Below, in pieces: positions 1-8,441 of a stretch of 64,000 bases of DNA (its first letter is position 1; each line of letters opens with the position of its first letter). The notes below the pieces were generated by a model, which saw only the letters and a program-made list of their open reading frames with translations, made no database searches and was not told the origin of the DNA. Source of the stretch: Myxococcales bacterium (GTDB taxonomy: Bacteria > Myxococcota_A > UBA9042 > JABWCM01 > BTVJ01); NCBI GenBank assembly GCA_045863395.1, contig BTVJ01000026.1, positions 11,593 to 75,592 on the forward strand. Direction: 5' to 3'. The position numbers and the translations under genes were made by a program.

Positions 1-300
1 TCTCCCTGGATAACAACACCTCGGAGAGAAGTCTCCAGATCACCGCCCTCGGACGCGACAACTTCCGCTGGGTCGGACACGACGAGGCCGGCGAACATCT
101 CGCCATCCTCCAGACCCTGGTCAGCACCTGCGTCTCCTACGGCGTCAACCCACATGCCCACCTCACCGACGTCCTCCTCCGTGTCACCACCCACCCGGCC
201 TCCAAGCTCGACGAGCTGCTCCCGATGAACTGGCAGCCCCCTGGCTGAGCCTCCGGAGCCTCGCGCCCCGCCGACCAGCGACCCCGCCACCACCGTACCT
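1..300 (+). mobile_element. IS66-family insertion sequence, 3' portion truncated by the window edge; right boundary not resolved
   Basis: Contains the C-terminal end of an IS66-type transposase (next feature). The terminal inverted repeat was not identified, so the end coordinate is approximate. Confidence 0.5.
3..248 (+). CDS. IS66-family transposase TnpC, C-terminal fragment (5' end outside window)
   Basis: Frame beginning at nt 3 reads SLDNNTSERSLQITALGRDNFRWVGHDEAGEHLAILQTLVSTCVSYGVNPHAHLTDVLLRVTTHPASKLDELLPMNWQPPG, stop TGA at 246-248. This matches the conserved IS66 transposase C-terminal pattern (DNN-x-ER, ALGR-x-N, S/T-L-I-x-T-C, G-x-N/D-P, HP-x3-L-D/E-ELLP-x-NW), recalled from memory. 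Absent from the ORF track because it has no start codon in the window. Confidence 0.7.
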   Translation, partial: SLDNNTSERSLQITALGRDNFRWVGHDEAGEHLAILQTLVSTCVSYGVNPHAHLTDVLLRVTTHPASKLDELLPMNWQPPG

Positions 301-608
301 GCAGCATGCACGCCTCCGCGCTCACTGTAGCACGGCTGTGGATGTCCGCCCGACGGGGGAGCTCGGACGAGGCCTCGGTCATCGTTTCGGCCACCCGGGT
401 CTGTGGACCGAGCGGGCCGGCCTCCTGTGGGGGCCGCAAGGTCGACCGCCGGCCGGCCGAACGGCTCGTGCGCCCCTCGGTTCTGGCCAGGCATTGGACG
501 AGACGATGACCATGGCCTCGGACGATTACGAAGTTGTCGCGTCCGGGAGTGGTGACCTGAAAGTAGCGCACCGGCTCGAGCATCTCCGCGGAGTGGTGGT
601 AGAGGTAT

Positions 609-977
609 GTGAGCGTGTTTGTCGCCCTCCTCGACTTCCTCGGGCAGCGCCTCCCCCGGGTCGCCAACGACATCGGCCGCGAAGACGTCCCAAGCACCCA
701 CAAGCTCACCGAGCGCGCTATCAAGGCATTCCAGCGCCACTACCGAAGATTGGCCGGCTTCGAGTCCATCGAGACCGCGCGAACCACGATGACCGTGCTC
801 AGCTTCTTCTATCGGATGACACCCTGGCCGAACGCCATCGCCCCGGACGACTGCGGCAAGTGCCCCGTGGAGCGGGCCGGGTGGCAAGTCCGCGGCGTCC
901 CCGTGGCCGACTCCCTCCGCGGCTTCACAAAACCGGAGGATCCCGGCGACCCTCACGGCGACTCGCCCAAAGCCTGA
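609..977 (+). other. Protein-like ORF of unknown family in otherwise non-coding-looking DNA; possibly a decayed gene or mobile-element remnant
   Basis: Translation (…LTERAIKAFQRHYRRLAGFESIETARTTMTVLSFFYRMTPWPNAIAPDDCGKCPVERAGW…) has balanced composition, unlike the Arg/Pro/Gly-rich overlapping ORFs around it. No family recognised, and an upstream frame (…DDYEVVASGSGDLKVAHRLEHLRGVVVEV) suggests possible frameshifts. Confidence 0.2.
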
Positions 978-1619
978 TCCGGCGACGCCGAACCGCGGCT
1001 CGACCCGACCGGACCCTGACGCTGCGGAGCCCCGGCGCCGGGCCTCCTGCGTCGAACCGGGCACCCGCGCGCCCTGCGCTCCCGCGCCCTTGCACCCGTC
1101 CACCGCCTCGCGCCCCAACCGCCTCAGCCGGCGCCGCCCCCGGAGAGCAACGAGGCTCTTGCGAGGGGAGCTCGCGGAACGCTCTCTCACACGGAGAGGT
1201 CACTGGCGCCGAGAATCGGTTGACAGCGCATGGGGATGGGCGCACACTGCCATCGGGAAACACTTATGAGACATTCAATGTGTGACAGTGCCCTTCGAAC
1301 CGCAGCCAGGACCCGGCAACAGCAGCCGGATGAGAGTTCGATGAGCGCCGAGACGGGCGCTGGCGTGCGACTGGATGCCCGATCACTGTTCCTCTGCGAG
1401 ACATGGGAAGGTCTGGGGGATCGACCCCGCGAGAGTGGGACAACTCCGCGGCATGGCGCGACGAGCAGGTCCAACCTCGGTCTGCACGCCAGGAGCGGAG
1501 ACCAGAGACATGCGAGTCGTACCAAATGGTCAGTCGAAGCATCGTCGCCAGAGAGGTCTGCCGCGGAGGCGGTCCCCTCGACGTTATGTGGTTCGTGGTG
1601 TTCGTCTAAGGTCCCGTGG

Positions 1620-1758
1620 AGGAATAACCTGACCCACCGAGAGCGCCGAATCGCCCCGCTGGCGGTCTGCCGAGACCGCAGGCAGGGTGGGGCCCTTCCA
1701 CGGTCTCGGCAGGCCGCCAGCGGGGATGCAGCGGCGCTCGAATGGACAGGTTATTCCT
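1620..1758 (+). ncRNA. Candidate structured RNA, or imperfect palindromic DNA element, of unknown class
   Basis: Three nested, perfectly complementary helices separated by asymmetric internal loops: 1620-1631 (AGGAATAACCTG) with 1747-1758; 1641-1648 (GAGCGCCG) with 1732-1739; 1654-1678 with 1701-1725 (25 bp including one G-U); apical loop 1679-1700. About 45 bp paired within 139 nt, in a 1.7 kb stretch without a convincing CDS. Strand is undetermined. Confidence 0.3.
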
Positions 1759-1860
1759 GTACGGGCCCTAAACACATCGGAGTGAGTTCGGCCCGCAGGT
1801 GCTATTTACAGAGGAGTAATTGAGATGAGGATGCAGTCCAGTGGCTCGACAGAGCCCCAA

Positions 1861-1870
1861 CCCCCCCCCC
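1861..1870. repeat. Homopolymeric C10 tract (preceded by CCCCAA) about 90 bp upstream of the subtilase-like gene
   Basis: Read directly: agagccccaa cccccccccc gacc. Confidence 0.9.
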
Positions 1871-1958
1871 GACCACCCGCCCCAGAGCATCTGGTTGCGC
1901 AGCGCAGCCGCCCTTCCGGCTTATCAGTGTAGCTGTTTCAGCGCTTCTCCTGTTTGAC

Positions 1959-3935
1959 GTGTCGGTCACCGTTCGAGCCGATGGATTGATGAACCCTTCC
2001 AGTTCCCCAACCCTGGAGTGGGGTGAAGGTGTGGCAAGCGACGGAGGAGGGCTCTACTCGACCTTCGATTCCTCCAGCCTGATGGACGCTCCCCCAAAAG
2101 ACGCATCCTACAATGCCTTTAAAGAGACACAGATTGAGATGGCAGGCATGGGTGAATCGCTCAATGTTCGAGTCTACGCGAAGCTTCTAGATACTCCACC
2201 CGACGAAGTCATTGGGGTCACACTTCTCCTGAAGGAAATTGACTTCGAGTGGGGTAGCTTCGCAGGGGCGGGAGCAGTTGCTCGACATGCTCTCGTCGCC
2301 TCGCGGAAAGCCCAGCTCCAGCCGAGCCAGTACTCTGTGATCAAGGAGCTCGTGAATATTGGTGCCATCGAAATTTCTCCGAACTGGCTCGTCAACCAGA
2401 TTGACGTACAGGTCCATGCGCTGGCTGCAATCGACCTGGCTGCAATCCCTGGAGTCGAAGGCACTCGCTTGAACGCCGATACGAACACCGGCCGAGCTTA
2501 CGGAGGCAGCGAGTCGCAGGACGGAACATTGATTGCCCAGTTCTACGCCCAGAGCCTGGACGGCCGATACGGAGGTCGATCAAACAGCAGGATCCGAGTA
2601 GGTGTAATTGAACCAGGGCCATTGGCGCGGTACCATGCAACCTGGGACTACTCGACAGGCACCGGCTCGCGTGTAACCCGCTACCGCGAGTGTACCGCCA
2701 GCGGGTGCATTGACTCACCCAACAACGCAACCGTGTCTTCGCATGGGACCTGGGTGTCATGGGTGGCAACCGGTAGCATCGAGGCCGGACAGGATCCCGA
2801 CTTCCCGGGAACCTATACAGTCGACCAACGCAACCGCAGTGGCCACCTCAAGGAGTCACTGCTGTACTACTATCAGGCAACCGAGAATTGTGCATCAGGG
2901 AAGCGGGCAATCGAGCAGGCGGTGCTCGACGGGATCGATGTCATCAACTTGTCGCTAGCGTGGGGCGGATCCGAGTCCAACTGCAACTCGGAATATGATT
3001 GCTCGGGACTGAATGCCGCCATTGCCACGGCCCTAGACAGCGGAATTCTGACAGTGGCCTGTGGTGGGAACGCTCCCGACACGTCCGTCTGCCACGTTTG
3101 GTACCCTGGTCTCAGGACCGAAACTGTGGCCGTTGTTGCGCTTCTCAGCGATCCCTCGACGAGCCCGTATGACAGCCTCGGTCTACGCCCCGACGCTTCC
3201 GCGGGAGGGCTTCCGATCAGAACTTTCTTGGGTGCCGGCACGACGACACCAGCCATCGACTTGGCTGCTCCCGGCACATTCACAATGTATGCAACCGTGG
3301 CTCCACACGCCAATGGCTCCAGCACGATTGGAGGATGCTCATTCGCGACGCCTGTCATCACTGCGTCTGCGGGCGCTCTTCGCAACGCGTTTGCAGTGAT
3401 TGGCTGGTCCAACACCAACGCGAAGATGCTCATGGTGAATCTATTGCTGCTCGGCGACGGCTGGAGCGGAAGCGGAGTCCCGGGGTCGTATCCGCCAACT
3501 ACAGTATCGAGCCGCAGTGGATTCGGCCGGGTCCGCGCGCACTGGCCAGACGACGAGAGCATGGCCGGCGATTGGGGCTGGGGCTGGCGTGCCTTCACGA
3601 TCTACGAGGGGCAGACGGTAACGTGGAACGTGGGTACCTCGGGCCCTGAGAGCACCAGCATCACGGAGTGGAAGTGGGCTACGCTCTGGTTCGAGCCCGA
3701 TCTGCAGAACGTCGCCGACATCGACTTCGAGGTATGGGACATGTGCGCGCCAGGAGGCCCTGTCATGCTCCACGCTGACTGGTCGCTGAGCTTGCGCTCT
3801 CGGTTCAACCTCCTCGGACCCAGCATTGGAGGGAAGTGTCTGCAAATGCGAGCATACGGCTACAGGGTTCCTGCACAAGGAAGAGTGATCTATAGTGCCG
3901 ACTACTACCATTCGGGCACTCCGTCTATGTACTAG
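1959..3935 (+). CDS. Subtilase-like (peptidase S8 family) protein without a signal peptide, with about 200 aa of N-terminal sequence of unknown function
   Basis: 658-aa ORF starting at GTG 1959 (first ATG at 1989). S8-like motifs in order: RVGVIEPG (Asp-region position, Glu in place of the usual Asp), SSHGTWVSWVATGS (His motif), INLSLAWGGS, VACGGNAPDTS (Asn motif), GGCSFATPVITASAGAL (Ser motif). No N-terminal hydrophobic signal. G+C visibly lower than the flanking genes. RBS not obvious. Confidence 0.75.
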   Translation: MSVTVRADGLMNPSSSPTLEWGEGVASDGGGLYSTFDSSSLMDAPPKDASYNAFKETQIEMAGMGESLNVRVYAKLLDTPPDEVIGVTLLLKEIDFEWGSFAGAGAVARHALVASRKAQLQPSQYSVIKELVNIGAIEISPNWLVNQIDVQVHALAAIDLAAIPGVEGTRLNADTNTGRAYGGSESQDGTLIAQFYAQSLDGRYGGRSNSRIRVGVIEPGPLARYHATWDYSTGTGSRVTRYRECTASGCIDSPNNATVSSHGTWVSWVATGSIEAGQDPDFPGTYTVDQRNRSGHLKESLLYYYQATENCASGKRAIEQAVLDGIDVINLSLAWGGSESNCNSEYDCSGLNAAIATALDSGILTVACGGNAPDTSVCHVWYPGLRTETVAVVALLSDPSTSPYDSLGLRPDASAGGLPIRTFLGAGTTTPAIDLAAPGTFTMYATVAPHANGSSTIGGCSFATPVITASAGALRNAFAVIGWSNTNAKMLMVNLLLLGDGWSGSGVPGSYPPTTVSSRSGFGRVRAHWPDDESMAGDWGWGWRAFTIYEGQTVTWNVGTSGPESTSITEWKWATLWFEPDLQNVADIDFEVWDMCAPGGPVMLHADWSLSLRSRFNLLGPSIGGKCLQMRAYGYRVPAQGRVIYSADYYHSGTPSMY

Positions 3936-4012
3936 TCTCGACTCGGTAACCCAGTGGAGAGGGACAGTTCAGGACGAGGTACGCGGCCTGGTGGTACCAG
4001 ACAGGAGAAGTC

Positions 4013-4738
4013 ATGAAGAGTGTGAGGCATCTCGTGTTGACGGTGCTGGCATTGGTCGCCTGTGACGGCGCTCCGGAGTCCAGCTCCGCCGACAAGTCCG
4101 CAGTGGCGGACGGTTTGGACGCGGGCGCCACCGGCTGCGACGTGTGTGTGGCGGCTGAGACCCTGAACCCGACTCTCGGTCCGTGCGCGTCAGGTACGCT
4201 GCCAACCACGGGAAGGTTGTACGACCAGGCTGCTGACTGCGTGTCGCCGGAGACCACCGTGCTGGCATGCTACCCCGATATAAGTCCCGACGCCTACGCT
4301 ACGCAGGGCAGTGGCTGCTACGTGCACGAGCCAACGGGCGTTGCCTTCATCGCCGTCTGGGACGGTCCGGAACTCTCCGGGGAGTACCATCGCTGCGACG
4401 AGAAGTATTGGCAGATCCGTGAGGCGGCCGCCGAGGCGGAGCCCTGCGTGGACGGTGCTCCCGCTCAAGCATGTGGGAGTCCCGACGGGGCCGGTGAGTG
4501 TGGTGCCGGCTGCACTCCGGTCTACGGCGCGCCGTGGAACGTGGGTGAGGGCTGCGCTCAGGGGAAGGTGGAGTTGGGCTGGTGTACCTATTTGTATAGC
4601 GACGCTCCTCCCCACTGGTGCGTGGTGGATGAAGCAACAGGTACTGTCTACCTAGGCGTCAACGGAGTGCCTCACGGCCACCGACAGTGCACGGAGGCGG
4701 AGCTACCGGCTGCCTCGGCGGTGCAGTGGTGTCCTTGA
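4013..4738 (+). CDS. Cys-rich lipoprotein, function unknown
   Basis: AGGAGA RBS 6 nt upstream of ATG. N-terminus MKSVRHLVLTVLALVAC has a signal peptide with lipobox L-V-A-C. Mature part has many Cys, probably disulfide-bonded. Confidence 0.7.
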   Translation: MKSVRHLVLTVLALVACDGAPESSSADKSAVADGLDAGATGCDVCVAAETLNPTLGPCASGTLPTTGRLYDQAADCVSPETTVLACYPDISPDAYATQGSGCYVHEPTGVAFIAVWDGPELSGEYHRCDEKYWQIREAAAEAEPCVDGAPAQACGSPDGAGECGAGCTPVYGAPWNVGEGCAQGKVELGWCTYLYSDAPPHWCVVDEATGTVYLGVNGVPHGHRQCTEAELPAASAVQWCP

Positions 4739-5023
4739 AGTTGCGCTGCATGCCCAGTGTCGCACCCCGTTGCACGCAAGCTGTCCGAGAACTCCGTAGT
4801 GAATCCCGGAACGGAACGTCGTCATGATCGAGCCGAGGTCCGGGCTGTCGTTCCGTTGTTCCAGTGAGCGAGAGCCAGCGCGCTGAGAGGGTGGTGCCAC
4901 CCGGGCTGTGGCGGGGGGCCGACAAGCGGCGACAACTTCGTCGACGACCCGGGGATGTCCACACGCCGATCTTGCGTCCCGTGGTGCCCCCGGCTATGGT
5001 GCCCCCCTTCCCGGAGCCGACCG

Positions 5024-7357
5024 ATGACGCCCGCGACGGACCGCACACCCTGGGTGCTCGCCAGCCTGCTCGGCGCCGTCGCCGCGGGGCTCGTGCTGGT
5101 GGTGCATGCGGTCGTGACGGGCGACGGGGCGCTCGACGTGCCGGGCGCCGGGGACACGGCCGCTGCCATCCTCTTCCTCTTCGGTACGACGTGGGCCGTC
5201 GCTCTGACCTGGGGCCTGGCCGTGGGAGTGGTGACCGGGGCCGTCCACGCGACCTTGCATGGGTGGTGGCAAGGCTTCCGCGCCCGCCTCGCCGACCCCG
5301 AGCGCGACGTCTCCACCGCCGCCGGCCTGCTCGCTGCGGCGCTGGCTGCAGCGGTCTGGATGGTGCTCTTCGTGCGCCTCTACGCGAGCCGCGACGAGGA
5401 GTTCCTCATCAAGGTGGGCACGGCGTCCCGCTTCTTCGCCGTCGGGACGGCCGCGCTCCTCGCCGTCGCCGTGGCTGCCTGGTTCCCGGTCCACCGCCTG
5501 CTCCGGTGCGCCCTCGTCTGGCGCATCGACCGCCTCCGCTCCGCCGCGTGGCCCCTGACGCGGCGCCTCACGGTGGCTGCCCTGGCGTGCGCCGCGCTCG
5601 CCGTCGCCGCCGCCGTGTGGCTCATGGAGTCCAACGAGGAGTTGGCCAATGTGCGGCGCCTCCCGCTGTACCTCCTCACGTTGGCGCTGCTCCACGGGGT
5701 GGCGACCGCCGCCCTGCGCCGCCTCCACCTGCGCCACGGGTGGGCGCTCCTCGGGGCGCCTGTCATCGTCGTGATCCTCACCGTCCTGGGCATTGACCGG
5801 GTGCCCGCCGCCCACGAGGCCGCCGAGACGCGCTCCGACGTGCAGGCCATGCTCTTGCGCTTGCTCCGAGGCCCGCTGGACCTCGACGGGGACGGCTACG
5901 CGGCGCTGCTCGGGGGCGGCGACTGCGACGACTGGGACGCGGCGGTGGGGCCGCACGCCGGTGAGGTGGCGGGCAACGGCGTCGACGACGACTGCCAGGA
6001 CGGGGACGCGGACCCGACGGCCGCCGCCGCGTGGGAGGCCGACCCGTCGCTGCTCGCCGAGGACGAGCCGCCGAGCGCCCCCGTCGACACGCCCAGGCCC
6101 ATCCACGGGACCGACGCGCCCGCCGCCCCAGTCACCGCCGACGCGCCCGCGGGGCCCGGGACCGTCGAGGCCCCCACGCCCCGCCCGGACGCGCCCCCGC
6201 CCCTGCCGCGCAAGGGCCTGAACGTGCTCTTCATCGTCGTCGATACGCTGCGCGCCGACCATGTCGGCTTCTACGGCTACGAGCGGGACACGACCCCGGC
6301 CATCGACGCGCTGGCGCGCCAGTCGGTGGTGTTCCGCTACGCCTACGCCCAGGCCAACAACACGCCCCGGTCCATGCCGTCGCTCCTGACGTCGCGCTTC
6401 CCGAGCGCCATCCGGTGGGTGCGCCTCGACCGCAACTACCCCCAGCTCAAGGACGCCGAGCACACCGTCGGGGAGTCCCTGGCGGATGGGGGCTACCGGG
6501 TCGAGGCGGAGACGTCGCACTACTACTTCGTGCCCAAGCGCAGACTCGACCAGGGCTTCCACGAGTGGAGCAACCCCGGGGCGGGCACCATCGCTGAGGC
6601 CAACGAGGCGGTGACGGCGCCCAAGCTGCTGCCCCGGGCCATGGCGCGCCTGGAGAAGCTGTCACAGCGCGAGGAGCCCTGGTTCCTGTTCGTGCACTTC
6701 TTCGAGCCCCACGCCTCGTACATCCCGCACAAGCCCCCGGCGGACTTCGGGCGCACGCTGAAGGACCGCTATGACGGCGAGATCCGGTTCACCGACGACC
6801 ACGTGGGCCAGCTCCTGGCGAAGCTGGACGCGCTGGGGCACCGGGAGGACACGCTCGTCATCCTGACCTCGGACCACGGGGAGGCCTTCCGCGAGAAGGG
6901 CTACTTCTTCCATGGCCACTCGGTCTACAACGTGGAGCTGCGGGTCCCGCTCGTCATGCGCCTGCCAGGCGTCGACCCGCGGGTCATCGACGAGCGGGTG
7001 GCGCTGCTCGACGTCGTCCCGACCATGCTGTCCGCCATCGGGCTGCCCATCGCCCCGACCATGCAAGGTGTGGACCTGGTCCCTACCATCCTGCACGGCG
7101 AGCGGCGCGGCCTGCCCATCTACGCGGAGCTGCTGCCCTACCCCAACTGGCCGGAGGACCAGCGCGCGTTGATCCTCGGCCACCACAAGGTGCTCTACAC
7201 GAAGAAGGGCAACGTCTGGGAGCTCTACGACATCCAGGCCGACCCCTTCGAGAAGGAGAACCTGTTCCGCACCCACTCGAAGGCGCAGACCTACAAGAAG
7301 GCGCTGCTCGACTGGATGGCGCTCCACGCCCACCCGAAGGCCATGCGCGGGCCGTGA
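5024..7357 (+). CDS. Polytopic membrane protein with C-terminal sulfatase-fold (alkaline-phosphatase superfamily) domain and a central DGDG/DDDC putative metal-binding motif
   Basis: ORF 4955..7357; preferred start ATG 5024 (GGAG 9 nt upstream). Several N-terminal hydrophobic helices, then DLDGDGYAALLGGGDCDDWDAAVGPHAGEVAGNGVDDDCQDGDAD, a Pro/Ala-rich linker, then sulfatase-like motifs LNVLFIVVDTLRADHVGFYGY, NNTPRSMPSLLTS, TSDHGE. The signature position normally Cys/Ser before TPxR is Asn. Confidence 0.8.
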   Translation: MTPATDRTPWVLASLLGAVAAGLVLVVHAVVTGDGALDVPGAGDTAAAILFLFGTTWAVALTWGLAVGVVTGAVHATLHGWWQGFRARLADPERDVSTAAGLLAAALAAAVWMVLFVRLYASRDEEFLIKVGTASRFFAVGTAALLAVAVAAWFPVHRLLRCALVWRIDRLRSAAWPLTRRLTVAALACAALAVAAAVWLMESNEELANVRRLPLYLLTLALLHGVATAALRRLHLRHGWALLGAPVIVVILTVLGIDRVPAAHEAAETRSDVQAMLLRLLRGPLDLDGDGYAALLGGGDCDDWDAAVGPHAGEVAGNGVDDDCQDGDADPTAAAAWEADPSLLAEDEPPSAPVDTPRPIHGTDAPAAPVTADAPAGPGTVEAPTPRPDAPPPLPRKGLNVLFIVVDTLRADHVGFYGYERDTTPAIDALARQSVVFRYAYAQANNTPRSMPSLLTSRFPSAIRWVRLDRNYPQLKDAEHTVGESLADGGYRVEAETSHYYFVPKRRLDQGFHEWSNPGAGTIAEANEAVTAPKLLPRAMARLEKLSQREEPWFLFVHFFEPHASYIPHKPPADFGRTLKDRYDGEIRFTDDHVGQLLAKLDALGHREDTLVILTSDHGEAFREKGYFFHGHSVYNVELRVPLVMRLPGVDPRVIDERVALLDVVPTMLSAIGLPIAPTMQGVDLVPTILHGERRGLPIYAELLPYPNWPEDQRALILGHHKVLYTKKGNVWELYDIQADPFEKENLFRTHSKAQTYKKALLDWMALHAHPKAMRGP

Positions 7358-7364
7358 CGCCGCC

Positions 7365-8207
7365 TCACCGCGACCCGAGCAGGAAGGGCAGGAGCCACGG
7401 CGCATAGCGCTTGATGGCGCGGCGGGCCGCGATGTTCTCGGGGCCGCGCCCACCGGCCATCAGCACTCCGGCGACGAGGCGCGCCCGGTCCTCGGGGGGA
7501 GCCATGACGCCCAACAGATCCGGCTCCACCTCGAGCTGCCCCGTGGCGTGGAACACGCCGCACGCGAGCCCCAGCGCAACTACCCAGAGGCGCGGGTCGC
7601 CGTCGTCGTCCGGGACGAGCTCCTCCGCCTGGTCGAAGAGGTCCAGCACGGTCTGGTCGGGGATGGCGTCGGGCTCGACGCCGAGGGGGTCATGCCAGAG
7701 CGCGAGCATCCACGCCTCACGGGCCGCGTCCCGCTCGCCCGCCTGGTGGTGCGCCATGCCCAGGAGCAGGCGGGACTCCGTGTCGTCGGGGCGGGCGTGG
7801 ATGGTGGCGGCCAGCGAACGCACGGCCTCGTTGGTCGCGCCGGCCTCGAGCCACAGGGAGCCCGCGGTGACGCCGTCCTGGGCGCCCCCCTCCCCGCGGG
7901 CGGTCTCCAGGGCCGCCGCCGCCCCCGCGAGGATCTTCGAGCGGAGCCACGGCTCCCCCTCGACGCCCTCCACGGCGGCGCACGCGAGCAGGTGCTCATA
8001 GGCGCCGAGCTTGCTGCGCTTGCGCGGGACCGCGGCCAGCGCCCTGGCCAGCGGCAGGACCCCCTCGTACAGCGCCCGACCCTCCAGGAGACGCACCGCG
8101 TCGGTGAACCGCAGCTCGGCCATCAGGGCCCGCGCGGCCCGGTGCACCTCGGCGTCCGCCGAGAACAGGTCGAGCTGATCGGCTTGCCTCTGCCCCGGGT
8201 CCTCCAT
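7365..8207 (-). CDS. Hypothetical protein (helical repeat-like)
   Basis: ORF 7365..8348 on minus strand; start chosen at internal ATG (MEDPGQRQADQLDLF…) because the upstream 47 residues are Arg/Ala-rich. No family recognised. Confidence 0.5.
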   Translation of the reverse strand: MEDPGQRQADQLDLFSADAEVHRAARALMAELRFTDAVRLLEGRALYEGVLPLARALAAVPRKRSKLGAYEHLLACAAVEGVEGEPWLRSKILAGAAAALETARGEGGAQDGVTAGSLWLEAGATNEAVRSLAATIHARPDDTESRLLLGMAHHQAGERDAAREAWMLALWHDPLGVEPDAIPDQTVLDLFDQAEELVPDDDGDPRLWVVALGLACGVFHATGQLEVEPDLLGVMAPPEDRARLVAGVLMAGGRGPENIAARRAIKRYAPWLLPFLLGSR

Positions 8208-8441
8208 GGCACCACCTCCACGTCCATGGTAGCACGAGCGGAGCGCCGCCGTGCGCTGCTTGTCTCTGCGCGCTGCCGCTGACAAATTGGCGCGCGCGTC
8301 TCGACGATCTGTGTCAAACTGGCGCTGCTGGTCGGCGGCGCCCTCCAAGGTGCCGCAGATTCAAGCAGATCCGCCGTGGCACCCTTCTTGCGTCGGCAAG
8401 CGCGCCCCCCGACGCTCGGAGGGGCCACCGCGGAGGAAGGC

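Noticed and set aside
338-1823. ORFs 338..1285 (315 aa) and 1230..1823 (197 aa)
   Set aside because: Arg/Pro/Gly/Ala-rich low-complexity translations with no recognisable motifs; mutually overlapping frames.
1364-1950. GTGCG at about 1364 considered as a group II intron 5' end
   Set aside because: No domain V-like hairpin (GAGC…GTTC about 34 nt) and no reverse-transcriptase ORF found; the match is only the pentamer.
4994-6562. 522-aa minus-strand ORF inside the sulfatase-fold gene
   Set aside because: Antisense to a gene with clear sulfatase-fold motifs; Arg/Gly/Pro-rich translation.
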